In this document: piece after piece, positions 13,287 to 28,530 of the stretch
Position numbering within the stretch: the stretch's first letter is position 1
Layout of the letters: the number at the start of each line of letters is the position of its first letter
Assembly (NCBI GenBank): GCA_951406725.2
Contig: OX597818.1
Span: 141,174,001-141,238,000, forward strand
DNA: 64,000 nucleotides
Direction: 5' to 3'
DNA from: Octopus vulgaris
Lineage: Eukaryota
Made by a program: the position numbers and the translations under genes
The notes under the pieces: model-generated
Seen by the model: only the letters and a program-made list of their open reading frames with translations
What the model was told of the DNA's origin: nothing
Database searches by the model: none

Positions 13287-14111
13287 GTGTGTGTGATTTA
13301 AGAGTAAGAAAGCCAACATCGACTTTTCTCTTGAATAAAAACAACGGTGGCGTTAAATGAGACGACTTGAATGCATGGCCGGCTGTCCATCTTTCTCAAA
13401 AGTATCTCGCCAAGATCTGCACATAAATGTGCAAATGCGTAATAATCCCCTAAATAATTAACAGCAACAGGATGCAATATAAACTGATTTAGCTTCTGTT
13501 TTTCTCAGGTTGATCGACAGCGCCTAGTGTTTCATTGTGGTTCGTGGATTACTCAATTTTTCATACTAGAAAATGGACGTCTGTTTTAAGCATACTGGCT
13601 GAGTCGATAAAGCATCATATAGAATACCTTGCGTTATATGTCCCTAATCTCTCCCATCGAGGTCATCTATAACTATCATTCTAGGGTTGGTAAAAAGTTT
13701 CAATCTTTTCATTTGACACTACATATTCTGAGTTCAAATCCTATGATGAGCTATTTGTGTGGTAGTCTTTGTCTGTTTAGCACTACAACCTAGCATCCAA
13801 GCAGCATTTCGCTGTATCATTTCCATCAGAAATTTTCGGGCCAACCTCACATTTCGAGATTAACCTGCAACCAGTCATGGAGGTTTTGCCCTTCATCTTC
13901 ATTAAGAGATTGAAAATATTTGTTTATGAGGAGTAAGCATCAGTTGACCATTAGTAGAAATTTGATTAGGAAAGCTTCTATGAACGGCTTGGAACTTTTG
14001 TCTTCTAGTGCAAGAGTCGCACGATGTTAAACTATTTATGCGTTAGTATGAACTAAATCTAGTATGCATGCACACACACAACACAAACACTCACACACAT
14101 AAATATACATT

Positions 14112-14189
<78 letters not shown>

Positions 14190-14697
14190 TATATATGCAT
14201 ATATATATATGTATATATATATTCGTATGTATGAATTGGTTATTATCGTATTACACACGCATGCATAGATACGCATATATACTCATATGCATATTACAAA
14301 TATTTCCACATTACACAAGGGAAACATAAACGTAGTAACTAATATATAAAAGAACTAAAAATGAAAATAACAAAACATGTCTGTTTGGTGGTGTTGACTA
14401 ACTCTAGGTAAAAGATCTAAGACGGTGGTCACTTTAATGTTCAACCTCGGACTAAATTTATCGGTGATTATTTGAAACATTTGCATTTCTCGAAGCTCTG
14501 CAGCTCCATTGCTTCGAGAGTTTATGGTGATATTTATCTTTCATAAAGCCATTAATTATCCATGTGTACAATTCAAAGTGAAAGTAGGTTTTCTTGTCGT
14601 CTAAACATAAGATGAAATTTAATATGTACGTCTACGTACGTGTGTGAGTATGTGCTTGTGATCGTTAGTATGCATATTTGCTTTACTCTCACATGTA

Positions 14698-14759
<62 letters not shown>

Positions 14760-14893
14760 CATGCTGAAAAAATGCTGGCAATAAATATAATAGGTGTTAT
14801 ATTTTACATATCATATATATCCCGAGTGGTTTTCAGTAAATATTTGAATGTCTTTACGCATAATTATATGTATAAACCTCGTATTAATAGAAC

Positions 14894-14928
<35 letters not shown>

Positions 14929-14977
14929 ACTATATTAATATCTGTATATATACATATATACATATATATATACATAC

Positions 14978-15027
<50 letters not shown>

Positions 15028-15720
15028 GTGCGTGTAAATTTAAGCACGTGTCTGCCTGCTTGTCTGCCGCTGTGTCTGTACACTATTACGTATTAATGGC
15101 TTTTAAATATTTGAGCAGATATACTTGATTAACAGTTATATGTGCATTTACAGTTCACACTTCATACAGCCAGCCATGGATATTTACACACTTGCGCTGA
15201 CGCATACATATACACTTGTATGTATGTATGTATGTATGTATGTATGTATGTATGTATGTATGTATGTATGTATGTATGTGTGTATGTGTGTATGTGTGTA
15301 TGTATGAATGTATGTATGTATGTATGTATGTATGTATGTACATGTCTATAATATTGATTCTTTGGTTGCACAAAATGAACTGTCGCTAGAGTAGAAATTA
15401 AAACAGTACATGTTGAGTAATTAAAACATTTTTTGAGTGACAAGCTTAGGATAGTTTTGCTCTCTAATGGCCCTATCCCATGAATATTTATTTGCATATT
15501 AGACACCATAGCTCTTCCAAATCACTTTTGTATGATAATGTTAATAATAAACATTTGCAAACAACTTTGTTCAGAACGGAATTTAATATAACAACAGTTG
15601 TTTTAGCATTTATTCGGAAATAAACCCCTGTACATGTTTATAATATGCCTCCCCTTTCTAGTAATTTTCTAAAACTAACAAATCATAGTTGTAATTTTCC
15701 TGCTTTAAATAAGAGTAGAT

Positions 15721-15793
<73 letters not shown>

Positions 15794-15880
15794 ATTTATA
15801 CATACACATATATATATATATAAACCCTTTACATACATATATACATACACACACATATACATACATATATACATACACAC

Positions 15881-15915
<35 letters not shown>

Positions 15916-16840
15916 TATATACTTTCATACGTTTATGTGTGTTTGCGTCTGCGTGTAGCAGAACTGTTTATTACATTAATTTTAATGAAATATTAGACAT
16001 CTTGTCAATTTAGGCGTTCTCACCTTTAAAACTAATAAATTGGCTCACCAGAGTTTTTCTTAGCATCAAGTTACATGCCATAGTTGTTAGCCAGTTTAGT
16101 TGCAGATATCGGTTGGGTTCAGCTGTCAAATCATGTGGTTGCAACAGAAATTGTTTCCAACGCAGGAAAAAAATTCATTTTTGTCTGTGGAGCCTCCCCA
16201 TAGTAATAAAAACAGGAGTTTATCACGCTATTGATCTTTGGACCAGCCGCCAATGAACTAGACACCAGCAAGTGTCACAGCTGTTTTCAGCCAGTTGTCG
16301 CCTGTCTTCATCGTTACAGCAACAGAGAGCAGAGCACAGCCACAGCATTAGACCCAACAGAACTGAAGTCATTTGACATGTTTGTCCTAGGCTGTGATAT
16401 TAACATCATTCCCTATGGCAATTTGCTATTATTACTGTGAATAAAGATTGAGTGATCTGAGAATAGTACGCCTGATTTTCGAAAATATGGCATTCGGAAT
16501 TCTTCCCTTACAACAAAACAATATCTCCCAATGCGTTTCGATACCAGTGCTGATTCCAGAATTTGGGATACTTAACTGGTCTTTAGAAGGAATCCACACC
16601 ATTAGACGTTAAAAGCTGCAAGGAACTGACAAGTGAAAATCTCCACAGAAATAATAATATCGCCGGGCTCTACATAAGAAGAGATAAGGGATGCTAAGAA
16701 GAGATAAGTGATGCTTGCTTGTGTTCAGTGCAGACAGCCTTTGAATGTCGTATAGTCACTTTCAGACAGCACTTACTAAACAACAACAGCAAAAATAAAT
16801 ACTGAGTGGAATAAAATCAACGTAACAAATCATTAGACAT

Positions 16841-16904
<64 letters not shown>

Positions 16905-17678
16905 TGAAATGCGTTTTTACCGCTTGGTTCGCTTTCAATGCCACTACATCCCGTCCGATTCGCTCCAAAATTTACACGGACATGTAGAATGAGGTGACGA
17001 TGCGCGTCGGCTACCTTAGAAATCCCTATCTTAAAAGGTGTGGTTGCTAGGGGCCATCTTCCTACCTCACCCTATTTCCTCCAGTACTCTGTCACTCCTC
17101 TTCATTTGACAATGCAACTACCGTTATTTAATGTAAAGTCTTCCTCAAATCACTCTGTAGCTATTTACTCTCTTCCAAGAACATTTTCACTCACTCTATC
17201 TCTTACCTTCCTATACATTTTACTCATGTATCTATCAGCGTTCATGGACAGTAACAAATATTACTCGCCATCCCCATCGCCATCGCATTCTATTGTCTAC
17301 CTGTCAACACACACACACACACACACACACATATATTCATATATCTAATATTATATTTTTATTTCCCTATTAGTGGTTTTATCTCTAATTTAATTTCTAC
17401 AGCGTGCACACACACACACACACACACACCTATATGTAGCCCCAGTACACCCGAATGAAATCGGGTTCTCTTCATCAAAATGTGAAAAGGGGTCTACAAT
17501 TATCATCGCCACAACTTATGTATGTCTTCCTCACTCACTCACTCTTTTTCCTAATGATAATTATCATCGCCACCACCAACACCACCAACACACAATCTGG
17601 ACAATCTTTCTCTTATAACAAATCATGTTTACATTGCAACGACGTCTGCCACCTCCGCCGTCTCTATTTATTCTGCAA

Positions 17679-17872
17679 ATGACCAGAACTCGGGAAGCTT
17701 AGTTTAGTGTTCTATGGTCTATGACCAGAACTCGGGAAACTTGGTTGAGTGTTCTATGGTCTATGGCCAGAACTCGAGAAACTTGCTTGACTGTTCTATG
17801 GTCTATGACCAGAAATCGGGAAACTTGGTTGAGTGTTCTATGGTCTATGACCAGAACTTGGGAAACTTGGTT
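17679..17872. repeat. 42-bp minisatellite, about 4.6 copies
   Basis: Unit ATGACCAGAACTCGGGAAACTTGGTTGAGTGTTCTATGGTCT starts at 17679, 17721, 17763, 17805 and 17847. Confidence 0.9.
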
Positions 17873-18564
17873 GTGTCCTCATCTTATAAAATGTGGCCCC
17901 AGTAGACCCAAATTAAATCGGGTTATATTAACCAAAAGGTGAAAAGGGGTATAAATGGGGCTGGAAGGGGATTAAAATTTAAAGGAGCGGGTGTTTAGCA
18001 ATTCTCTGTTACATCAAGCTAAAAAATTTGCTCCAGCCTTTTAATCGTCAATGTGTTGCCGTCCATGATGAAGAAGTTTTGAATGCTTGCCATCGTGAGT
18101 CTACTGTCGTGAGAAAGAATCAAGTCAAAACTTGGTTTTTAGGGATTTTCTTTTACATCAAGTTCAAACTTTTACGCCAGCCGTTGAACTGTCAATACGT
18201 TGCTGTCCGTCGTTAAGAAATGCCAGCCATGGTGACTCTACTATCCTCAAATTCTATCCCTTCAAACTTTGGTTTCCAATATTTTATTATTTTTATTCAG
18301 CTCGCAAGTTCGTCTGTCCCTTTTAAATGTTAGTGTTTTGCTGTCTGTCTTGAAGCAGACCTTTCCTTTGTAACTGCCTGATATTTATGATTGATCTTTC
18401 TAAATATTTTATTTCTCAACTTACTCAAGATCTTTTGTTGTTTATAAATGGGAGAGAGATACATAAAGATAGAGAGTAAGAGAAAGCGAGGGAGAGTCCG
18501 AGAGAAAGGAAGAGTAAGAGAATGGGAAAGTGAGAGAGAAAGGAGAAAGAAACAAAGAGGGAGA

Positions 18565-18900
18565 ATCATCATCATCATGATCATCATCATCATCATCATC
18601 GTTTAACGTCCGTTTTCCGTGCTAGCACGGGTTGGACAGTTTGACAGGGGTCTGGGAAGCCAGGAGGCTGCACCAGGCTCCAGTCTGATCTGGCAGTGTT
18701 TCGACAGGTGGATGCCCTTCCTAACGCCAACCACTCTGTGAGCGTAGTGGGTGCTTTTTTCGTGCCGCCTGCACAGGTGCCAGGGGGCTGACAGCGGCCA
18801 CGATCGGTTGGTGCTTTTTACGTGCCACCAGCACAGAAGCCAGTCAAGGCGGCGCTGCAATCCGCCACGTTCGGATGGTGCTTTTTACGTGCTGAAAGGA
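18565..18900 (-). mobile_element. SINE/LINE-tail repeat ending in (GAT)n
   Basis: Reverse complement contains GGTTGGCGTTAGGAAGGGCATCC (a widespread SINE central motif) and three GCACG(T/A)AAAAAGCACC sub-repeats, and ends in a (GAT)n tail. Confidence 0.6.
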
Positions 18901-18979
18901 AGCAACAGAAAGTAACAACCACACTCTTACCCGCGCGTAGAGCGGGTCACCTTCAGCTAGTATATATATATATATATAC

Positions 18980-19062
<83 letters not shown>

Positions 19063-19065
<3 letters not shown>

Positions 19066-19360
19066 AGGCGCAATGGCCCAGTGGTTAGGGCAGCGGACTC
19101 GCAGTCGTAGGATCGCGGTTTCGATTCGGGCGTTGTGAGTGTTTATTGAGCGAAAACACCTAAAAGCTCCACGAATCTCCGCCAGGGGGTGGTGGCGATC
19201 CCTGCTGTACTCTTTCGCCACAACTTTCTCTCACTCTTTCTTCTGTTGGCCTGCTCGCTTAGCCAGCGGGGTGGTGTCATTTCAAGGCTAAAATAATGCG
19301 AAGCGCATTGTGACCAGCGATGTGTAGCAACATCTGATAGTCTGGTCGGTCACGGTGATA
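19063..19360 (+). mobile_element. tRNA-derived SINE (OR-type head, tail variant A) inserted in (TA)n
   Basis: A box TGGCCCAGTGG and B box GGTTTCGATTC. The 5' ~170 bp is shared with 39037-39411 and 53378-53749, but the 3' tail differs. Confidence 0.8.
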
Positions 19361-20027
19361 TATATGTATTACTCTATTATAATCCTGCGCGCATAAACGA
19401 AAGCAAGGTATTTTAATCACTCGTTTGGACTTTTTGTCTGTGTGTTTGTAAAACTACTGGAAAACGCTTGAACGGATTTTTACCACATTTGGCAGAAATA
19501 CTCATCCGTTGAGTGGATCGAAATGATTAACATTTGATTTGATTCTTACAAATTTCCCGATAAGCACGAGTGTGTAGATCATGGCGTACCTAAGCGCGTA
19601 GAGAGGTGTGTGTACATACATACATACATGTGCAAGTGTGTGTGTGTATATGCGTAAGTGTGTGGGTGTGAGTGTGCGCGTTTGCATGTGTGTGTGTATG
19701 TATGTGTGTACACTGATGGATTCGAGGGTTTCGTATATTTTCGAGTTGATTTCTTAATTTCACCAGAGTATAAATACCTATAATGGTGATACTTAAAAAA
19801 GAAAGTAAAAGTTAATCCAGTCCAATTAAAAAGCATGGATAAGCAACGCATTGTAGGCCACTCTATAATTTGCGAAAAAAGTTATATGCACGCAGGGTCT
19901 GCATCGCCCCTCCGGAATCATGCAACATTGTGTGTTGTAAAAAAGATAGGGTAATATTTCGGAATGGTCGTTTTTTTTTCTTGCCAAATCAACACACGCA
20001 CCATAATTTCGTTTTTCACTTGTTTAT

Positions 20028-20399
20028 TATTACCTCTACATTAGCGAAGGTAGAGTTATTGTTTCAGTCGTGTTTGTTTGTTTGTTTGTTTGTCTGTGGA
20101 CAGCATATCTCAAGAACCGCTGGATGGATTCGGATGAAATTTTCAAGGGTAATGGGCCTTGTGACTGGCATGAATTGGTTAGATTTGGGGATTGATCGGG
20201 TACCGGACAAGGATTCAGGATTATTTTTCCTATTTTTTAACTTAATTTTTGTGAGCGGTCGAGTTCATTTTTAGTATTATCGTTTGTGAGAGAGGTTCAG
20301 TTTATTTCAGATATTCTCATTTTAAAAATCATCTCTGGCTCATTATTGAGAGGTCATTGGTGTTGCCTTAGCGGATGTTTGCGCTCTCTGAGTGCTTTC
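20028..20399 (+). mobile_element. Non-autonomous Helentron/DINE-1-like element
   Basis: 5' TACCTCTACATTAGCGAAGG, internal (GTTT)n and GGATGGATTCGGATGAAATTTT, and 3' CCTTAGCGGATGT plus a terminal stem-loop GCGCTC-TCT-GAGTGC. Related fragments lie at about 12540-12690 (-) and 19380-19560. Confidence 0.55.
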
Positions 20400-20508
20400 G
20401 TTGTCTTTATAATATGTCCATTGTCTGGAAATCTTTCGTCACACAATTATGACATCTTCGGCGACCCTCCATACCATGTGTGTTCTCTTGTGCTGTTTAG
20501 TTCTGATT

Positions 20509-20725
<217 letters not shown>

Positions 20726-20839
20726 TTTGTTCATCATGTCCACATACGTGTGTATTCATCATTATTTCATTCAGTTTTAGAAACAATTCTTCAATTTTGG
20801 AGCCTATGGAACTTATTTTGATGCGTAACATTAACGTAG

Positions 20840-21215
20840 TTTTGAAAATGGAAGATATCAATATCCTACATGTCGGCAGCGACCTCCTAAGGAAGTAATC
20901 TCTTCCGGATGACCTCCCATTTAAACTCAAAACATCCGGACTAAAATACCTCCAGGAAGATCTTGATGTGGAACGGCCAGCAAATCAAAACATGTATGTA
21001 CCATTATAGAGGCCAGCTGATCTACGTTTGTGAATATGTCCTTGGAGATCCAGAAGAATGATGATAAGTATGGAAAATGCTTCGAAACCTCCAGATTCTC
21101 TAACCAGATAATAAACTCACACTTATACCAATAGTAATTGGGGCACCAGGTTCTGAGAGCCTTAAGTGGCAGTCTGGATACGCTAGGATTTTCAGGAAAA
21201 GAAATCAACCATCGA
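20840..21215 (+). pseudogene. Restriction-like endonuclease C-terminal remnant of an R4/R2-type LINE
   Basis: Broken translation CTIIEAS*STFVNMSLEIQKNDDKYG...MLRNLQIL*PDNKLTLIPIVIGAPG resembles the RLE terminus (K..KY..L...IPIVIGA.G). Confidence 0.6.
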
Positions 21216-21220
21216 ACTTG

Positions 21221-21300
21221 CTAATACACTCTGTTACTAATACACTCTGTTACTAATACACTCTGTTACTAATACACTCTGTTACTAATACACTCTGTTA
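21221..21300. repeat. 16-bp tandem repeat, 5 perfect copies
   Basis: (CTAATACACTCTGTTA)5. Confidence 0.95.
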
Positions 21301-22929
21301 GTAACACAGTAAAAATATGCAAGACTTTTCTCAAGTTTAAAATGTGACAGTTTTTCTTATCTACATTTCGACGATGGAGCTTTGTATCATTGTTAGAAAC
21401 CAACTTCTTTCTCGGTGAAAAATTACAAATAATTAAGAACAGTAGAAGATGCATACATACATACATACATACATACATACATACATACATAGGAAGACAG
21501 TATGTGGAAGTTAGAGAGATGTTTAGACAAGTAAACAGGCAGATAAATGGATAGATAATTAGATATATACTACGCTACACACCTGTATGCATGTGCACAT
21601 ACATACATACATACATACACAAAAAATAAATTTCTCTGAACAACAAATATTACATACAAAATTTAATAAGAATCTGTCTATTTCTATTACTCTCGTAGTA
21701 CTTTTATCTCTGTTGCTATTTGTGGTTTCTTAGTTTGCAAATCAAAAGTAGTGTACGTGAACATAATTTGCCTGTGTAACGTTGAAACATCGAATCTGAA
21801 AGACCAGGTGAAATATAATACAAACGCCAAAGGAAATGGAAACATCCGAAGAATCTTTTATCACTTTCATCAATCAACTTATTACATATTTATCTCTACA
21901 GTCATTTCTTTATTCTAATAACCTATATTTTATAAGGCTTCTGTAAATGTAGCTCTATCTATTTTGTATGGATTCTTGTTATTTGTAATCTCGTTTAATA
22001 CAACGGCTGTTTTCTTGCTGAAGTTTTCGACAGCAAAGGGAATCATAGTTGACGAATTCAAATACAGATGTAATAGGTAATGTTTCGAATCTTCCGGTGT
22101 GCTCACAGAAAGTGACGTCGAATAGAATTGTTTCTTCATGAAACGATGGTACTTGTTCAACAATCGGGAATTCGTATTACGGTAGAACATCGCTGAGATG
22201 TACCCTTGTTCCCAAATGTTATTAAAACCCTTTAGTATGCGTGGCTAAGAAGATCGCTGCGCAGTCTGAGTGAACAGTTCTATCTCAATGTTGAACCTAC
22301 GTATAGCTTCAGATTGTCCAATTCCTGAGGAGCAAAATCTGAGAGACAAAAACTATACTGTAGTGCGTTGTGTATATGTATGTATGCACGTATATTATAT
22401 ATAAGTAAGATTCAGCTGAATTAGTTACTTAAGTTGAGGCACCTCGTAAGGTCGGTATAATGTAAACACGCAACAGTATTATGTAAATGTAGACTATATT
22501 ACAATAGTAACGACAGAAGGGTACTCCTGTAGCGTATGCAAACAATTTGACCCAGCTGAGTATATAATCCGATCTTCAGCTTTTCAGACATGTTCATTTC
22601 ATTAAATATACAGTCCATAGTATACTTCATAATTTGCGAAGGGCATGTTCCGAGATAGGTGAATACAATATAAATATTTATTTAAATATATCCATTCTGT
22701 CAACTGAAATAGTTGCAGAATCTTTGAAAATGTTTTGCCTCATAGAATTTAACTCATTTGGAATCTGCTCGAACGTAAAATTCTTGTATTCATCTGAAGA
22801 AATCGGTTTCTTTATAATGATATAATATACTTGTTAATCAATTAAAGGAGGTGTTAGAAACGACCAAAATGAATTGACACCTGTTCTTCAATCGTTATAT
22901 ACATACATACATACATACATATATTTATA

Positions 22930-23060
22930 GCAGCTCCAGCGAAAATTTTCGAACCATCTGGTTCGGACAGTAATAGCTTTAGTTTGCGTCCACGGATTTA
23001 GGGCCCAATTTGAATTCGTAAAGCGTAAGTTCTCGAATTAGACTACGTTGCACGATCATC
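22930..23060 (-). pseudogene. Mariner (Mos1-type) transposase HTH remnant
   Basis: Minus-strand translation IRELTLYEFKLGPKSVDA, then after a frameshift TVRTRWFENFR. Confidence 0.55.
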
Positions 23061-23965
23061 TGCAGGGCTTTCAAATCACACATGGAGTGAAGCATTGCAC
23101 ACCATATCAGCGTACCAACCACCATGATACTACAAACCTCAGAGGGTTCCGTCCGTAGCTTGAACTGTTTTAGTCACATGATATTAAAGCAAAATAGCAC
23201 ATTTGCAAATATTGCAAAATGTCTTTCTCGTTTTGTATGTACATACATACATACATTCATACATGCATACATACATATGCGTGAGTGTGTGTGTGTGAGT
23301 GTGTGTGTGTGTGTATTTCTATATATGTATCATGTATCATGTACATGTATGAGTGTTTATATATATATATGGTAATCTGTTAATGTACGGATTACACGGT
23401 ATATAAAGAACATGAGCACTAATTTTAATCCTGTGTTACGTTTTCAATGCTGTCTGAGTAGCTATTGTTTGATTTGAGGGACATTTGTATTCATGTTGTA
23501 TATGATATTAAAATAATAACTAATTTACATAAGAATTGAAAATCAACATCAACTATGTACATCGTCAACAATTATCTTACCTAAAATTCTTTCTCTTTTA
23601 CAAGTTAGTTACTAACGAGGATTCCATAGATAAAGACAACTGACATCTCTGAAACACATTCCTTTCTCAGTAGTCAAGCCGGGGAAAATATAGTATAAAT
23701 GAACGTTTTCTTTGTGTTAAAACCAGCAGTTCTAATAAATGAAGAGTTGAAATGAAATACTTACTATATTTGAGAGCTAATTATATGGCACTACTGATTC
23801 TAAACACCTGCATTTGTTGAGGTAATAAAAATGTTATATATTTTATCGTATAATTCAGTGTAAGTACTGCTAACTGCAATATAATATGCAGCCACTTACT
23901 AATATATATCATATATTTGTATAATGCATATTATATACTATGCCTTTTATATATACATACATGCA

Positions 23966-24017
<52 letters not shown>

Positions 24018-24259
24018 TATTTGCGCGCGTGTGTGTTTTATATAATGAATTTCATTGGTTTACAGTTGTTTCTGCAATAAGATGTCAGTATCAAGATATC
24101 ATACTACAGCTGCATCAGAGCCTTGTATATGATGTGCACTTTATTTGGGAAAGTTACATTTTCAGAATATCCGAGCGTTATGAATGAGAACAGTATACAA
24201 TTATTCTTTAAAAAAACTTTTCTGTTAATTTTTCTAAATTTAATTGTTTTCTATACTTA

Positions 24260-24295
24260 CAGTTGAAAAAGTCTTAATGACTGAAACCGGTACTG
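24260..24295 (+). ncRNA. Minimal type I hammerhead motif with U3:A8 core
   Basis: CAG-TTGAAAA-AGTC-TTAAT-GACT-GAAA-CCGG-TA-CTG. Confidence 0.6.
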
Positions 24296-24458
24296 AAATG
24301 TTTTTTATAAAATTATTTTAGCATTTTCTATCGTGACTTTTTTTTCCATATATATCAACTCGTGTGTTCCTTTTCAACCTTCTATATATATGAACATCGA
24401 CAAAGCATGTGTGACGACTAGAGCGTTGGACTTCAATATCGTTGGGAATAGGAGACCT

Positions 24459-24978
24459 CCGTAAATCCTCGAGTATAGTCCGCCCTTGAGTATAATACGC
24501 AGGAAATTTTTAGGGGCTGTATTTCTGAAAAACCTAAATCTTGTGTATAATACGCACCCTTCTCTAACTTGAGTCGTGCGTAATTAAGCCAGCATCATCT
24601 AGTCGAGCAAACACTTCCGTGCATGCGTAATACAATAATGGTGATGTTCTTAACTTTTATATGGGAATATAAATATGCTTGCAAATTGTTTTTGTTACAT
24701 GTTATTCCGTGTTCTGAATACTTTTATTTTAATAAATTTTGCTTACTGCAAGATATGGGTGATTCTTTTATGACTTCATTGCTTTCAGGCTTAGCTTAAG
24801 GTATTTTCCTGCCCGACATCACAAAATGCGTCTGAATAAACATTGCCGGACAGCAAATAGAGACTCGGACATTGCTTAGAAAATATTTTTCACTTTTAAC
24901 CTCGTATATAGTACGCACTAGGGATTTTGACATTTAAATTTTGGGGACAAAATGCAGATTATACTCGAGGATATACGG
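24459..24978. mobile_element. pogo/Tigger-like MITE
   Basis: TIRs CCGTAAATCCTCGAGTATA and TATACTCGAGGATATACGG, with TA on the right flank and subterminal repeats (GTATAATACGCA). Confidence 0.7.
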
Positions 24979-25559
24979 TATATTCATTGAATCATACAGG
25001 TTTGAAGAGTTACATTCAGGACTTGAAGTTTCTGTGTCAATAACTAGATGATCAAAAACAAAACAAATTACATTTTACTTTTTGAAAATTATCTGTAGTG
25101 TTTGCGTTTATATAAATGTTTCGCAAGATTTCTGATGTGAAATTCGTGTATTGAAATAGATATTGTTATATTTAGGATGGGGTTTTTTTGCGTATTAACC
25201 GCATTCACTATATGCTTGGTTTTTACTTCAGCTTAATAATTATTATTCTTACTTTAGTGTCTTTTGTCCAAAATCTTTCGTCATATATATAGAAATACAT
25301 TTGTATATAATTTCTAACATAAATATATATAGATGTGTGCTTTGATGTCTACATATGAATATATATATATATATATACACAACAGTGAATAGATGAATGG
25401 ATGTACACATAGATAGAGCTCGTGTGCTGAAACCGGATAAAAAAATATATATATACATATCATGTATAGTTCAATACAAATGCATATATATATGTATATA
25501 TACATATATATTTATATATGTGTGTATATATATAAATGCTTTTATATATATAAATATAT

Positions 25560-25687
<128 letters not shown>

Positions 25688-25898
25688 TATATACGTACGT
25701 ATGAAAGTATTCTGGGTTTTTTTATATACTTATCAATTTATACGAAATATCTGGACAAAGACGATTAAAACTCATATTACAAATTGAGTGAAATTTATTT
25801 GCACAACGAAGAGAACAAATTTCTCACATACACAAACACACACACAGAAACACATACATTTATACATATGTGATAGGCTCATGTGTATGTGTGCATAA

Positions 25899-25941
<43 letters not shown>

Positions 25942-26154
25942 GGTGTGTGTGTGTGTGTGTAGGTAAGAACGTGTAGTTAAACTTAGCAATATGTAAACAG
26001 ACATCAGATAGATAACGCACCCTGTCCACAAATAGCATGCCCAAGCTATTTCCTGGTAACTAAGAGAAATCTGTCAGGGAAAAAAGCCTTATCAGACATC
26101 AAAGCTTCTTCATGGACCTGTTTCGAATGATATAAAGACAAGTGTGTGTGTGAG

Positions 26155-26191
<37 letters not shown>

Positions 26192-26875
26192 ATGTGTGTG
26201 TGTGTGTGTATTTGTACACAGTGAAATTACTGATGCTGGAATGTGAAGAAAATCAGTGAAGGTTTCTCATTGCAGTTGATAGTAAGCTGCTCTGTCTCTG
26301 TCTCTCTCTCTCTCTCCCTCTCTCTCTCTCATTCTGTCTCACTTTATCTCTTTCTCTTCCTCTTGCACTTTGTATCCCCAGCACCCTCTCCTATTATTGT
26401 TCTGTCTCTCTTTGCCTTTCACATTCTCACTCTTTCTTTCTTACTCTTTCCTTCTCACGCTTTTCTCTATCTTTCTCTCTCTCTTTCTCTCTCGTTGTAT
26501 CACCTCGCAGTGTACGCACACGGCAAGCGTCCATTAACAAAGCAAAACTCGTCGAGTTGTTCGTTTGTGAGATTTGCAGAGTAAAGGAAACTTTCAACTA
26601 GTGTCGATGAGCACAGCAAGGCAAAATACATTAAGTTTTTGTTTATAAGTCTATTAACACGCCGCTTCAATAGTTTTGTTGCTAGATAGCACCTACCAAA
26701 GACTACAGTGAATTTTTATATGCATAACATGTATGAATACCACTCATAGCATTTTCATTGACTCCTTGTAAGCTAATTTATGTCTCTGCAACACAAATTC
26801 ATTAGAGATGTCTTATCGAGCTATTCTCCCGACACAACGTAGATGAACATAAAATGTTTCAACTTTTGTATCTAA

Positions 26876-26937
<62 letters not shown>

Positions 26938-27135
26938 GATATAAAAATAGGATAAAATCTTCATAAGAATTTATCAAGTAGTCAGCGTGAAAAAACCTCA
27001 TAAGAGAAGAAATCCACCAATTTTTTCCCTTAAATAAATTTATATTATATAGAGGGCATTATTACACATAAATGCTACTTGGAGGCTTGTCGTGTGGCAT
27101 TTATGTGTAATAATGTCCTCTATATAATATATAAC

Positions 27136-27208
<73 letters not shown>

Positions 27209-27821
27209 ATGAATTAGCACTACAATATAACATTTACAGTATCAGTGTCAGAGACATCCAGTAAAAAAATTATCAGGTATTAAAAAATATGTACAAATGT
27301 GGTGTTGGTCGATTAAACAATTAAAACGGTGCCTCACAATATCTGCGGTCCAGTGCCCAGCCATAAACTGATTTGTTAATATTTTTTCCTCGATTATATC
27401 GTTCATTTCTGTTCTCACTATTGTGCTCTAATATCGATGACGTATTATTCAGCTATGGTAATTTGTAAACATTTTTGATTCGGCATCATTTCGTATCATT
27501 CAACACTTTAACACACACACGCACAAATGCACAGACATAATAACGTTTATTTAAAAAGAAATACTCTTGTTGCTAAAACTCATATTTGAGTCTATCAAAG
27601 GTCAACCAAAACGTTGGAATGTATCTCCTTTCTAACAAATTCTCTCCCCTGACGAAATACGAAATTTCGAATATCCTAATTTACGATATTCAATATGGAA
27701 ATTTAAATTGATTAAATTTAATTACTCAATTTAATTAGTTGGGTATGGGAACAGCCGTGGGTGTAAAGAATTTGATTTTATACTAAATGGAATTTGTTCA
27801 AGCGCAGGAGTGGTTGTATGG

Positions 27822-28285
<464 letters not shown>

Positions 28286-28384
28286 ATAAAATTGATGTAT
28301 AAATATTAATTTCTCCAATTTCTTTTTCTCATAAAATATTTACACACACTTACATAGATTCATACATACATATAATTATATGTA

Positions 28385-28530
28385 TTTTCAGCCACTGTCT
28401 TGCTTTACAATGTATGCACTCAGTTGTCATTGCTCCAATGGAAACTGTTATGTCATCTGTATAATGAACTGCTGGATCACAATTGAAAGTTGCTTCGTAG
28501 AAGTTGCTCCTCTGAGCTGTTGCAACTGTT
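28385..28530 (-). pseudogene. Helitron Rep/helicase N-terminal remnant
   Basis: Minus-strand translation FYEATFNCDPAVHYTDDITVSIGAMTTECIHCKARQWLK resembles the animal Helitron motif AF.YDP...Y....V.IG.M...C..C.A.KW. Confidence 0.6.

Noticed and set aside
17679-17872. 42-bp repeat as a CRISPR array or coding repeat
   Set aside because: Units are contiguous with no spacers in a eukaryotic context; it is an ordinary minisatellite.
26400-26590. Polypyrimidine tract plus CAG as a host-gene splice acceptor
   Set aside because: The tract is (CT)n-derived, and no recognisable coding exon follows.
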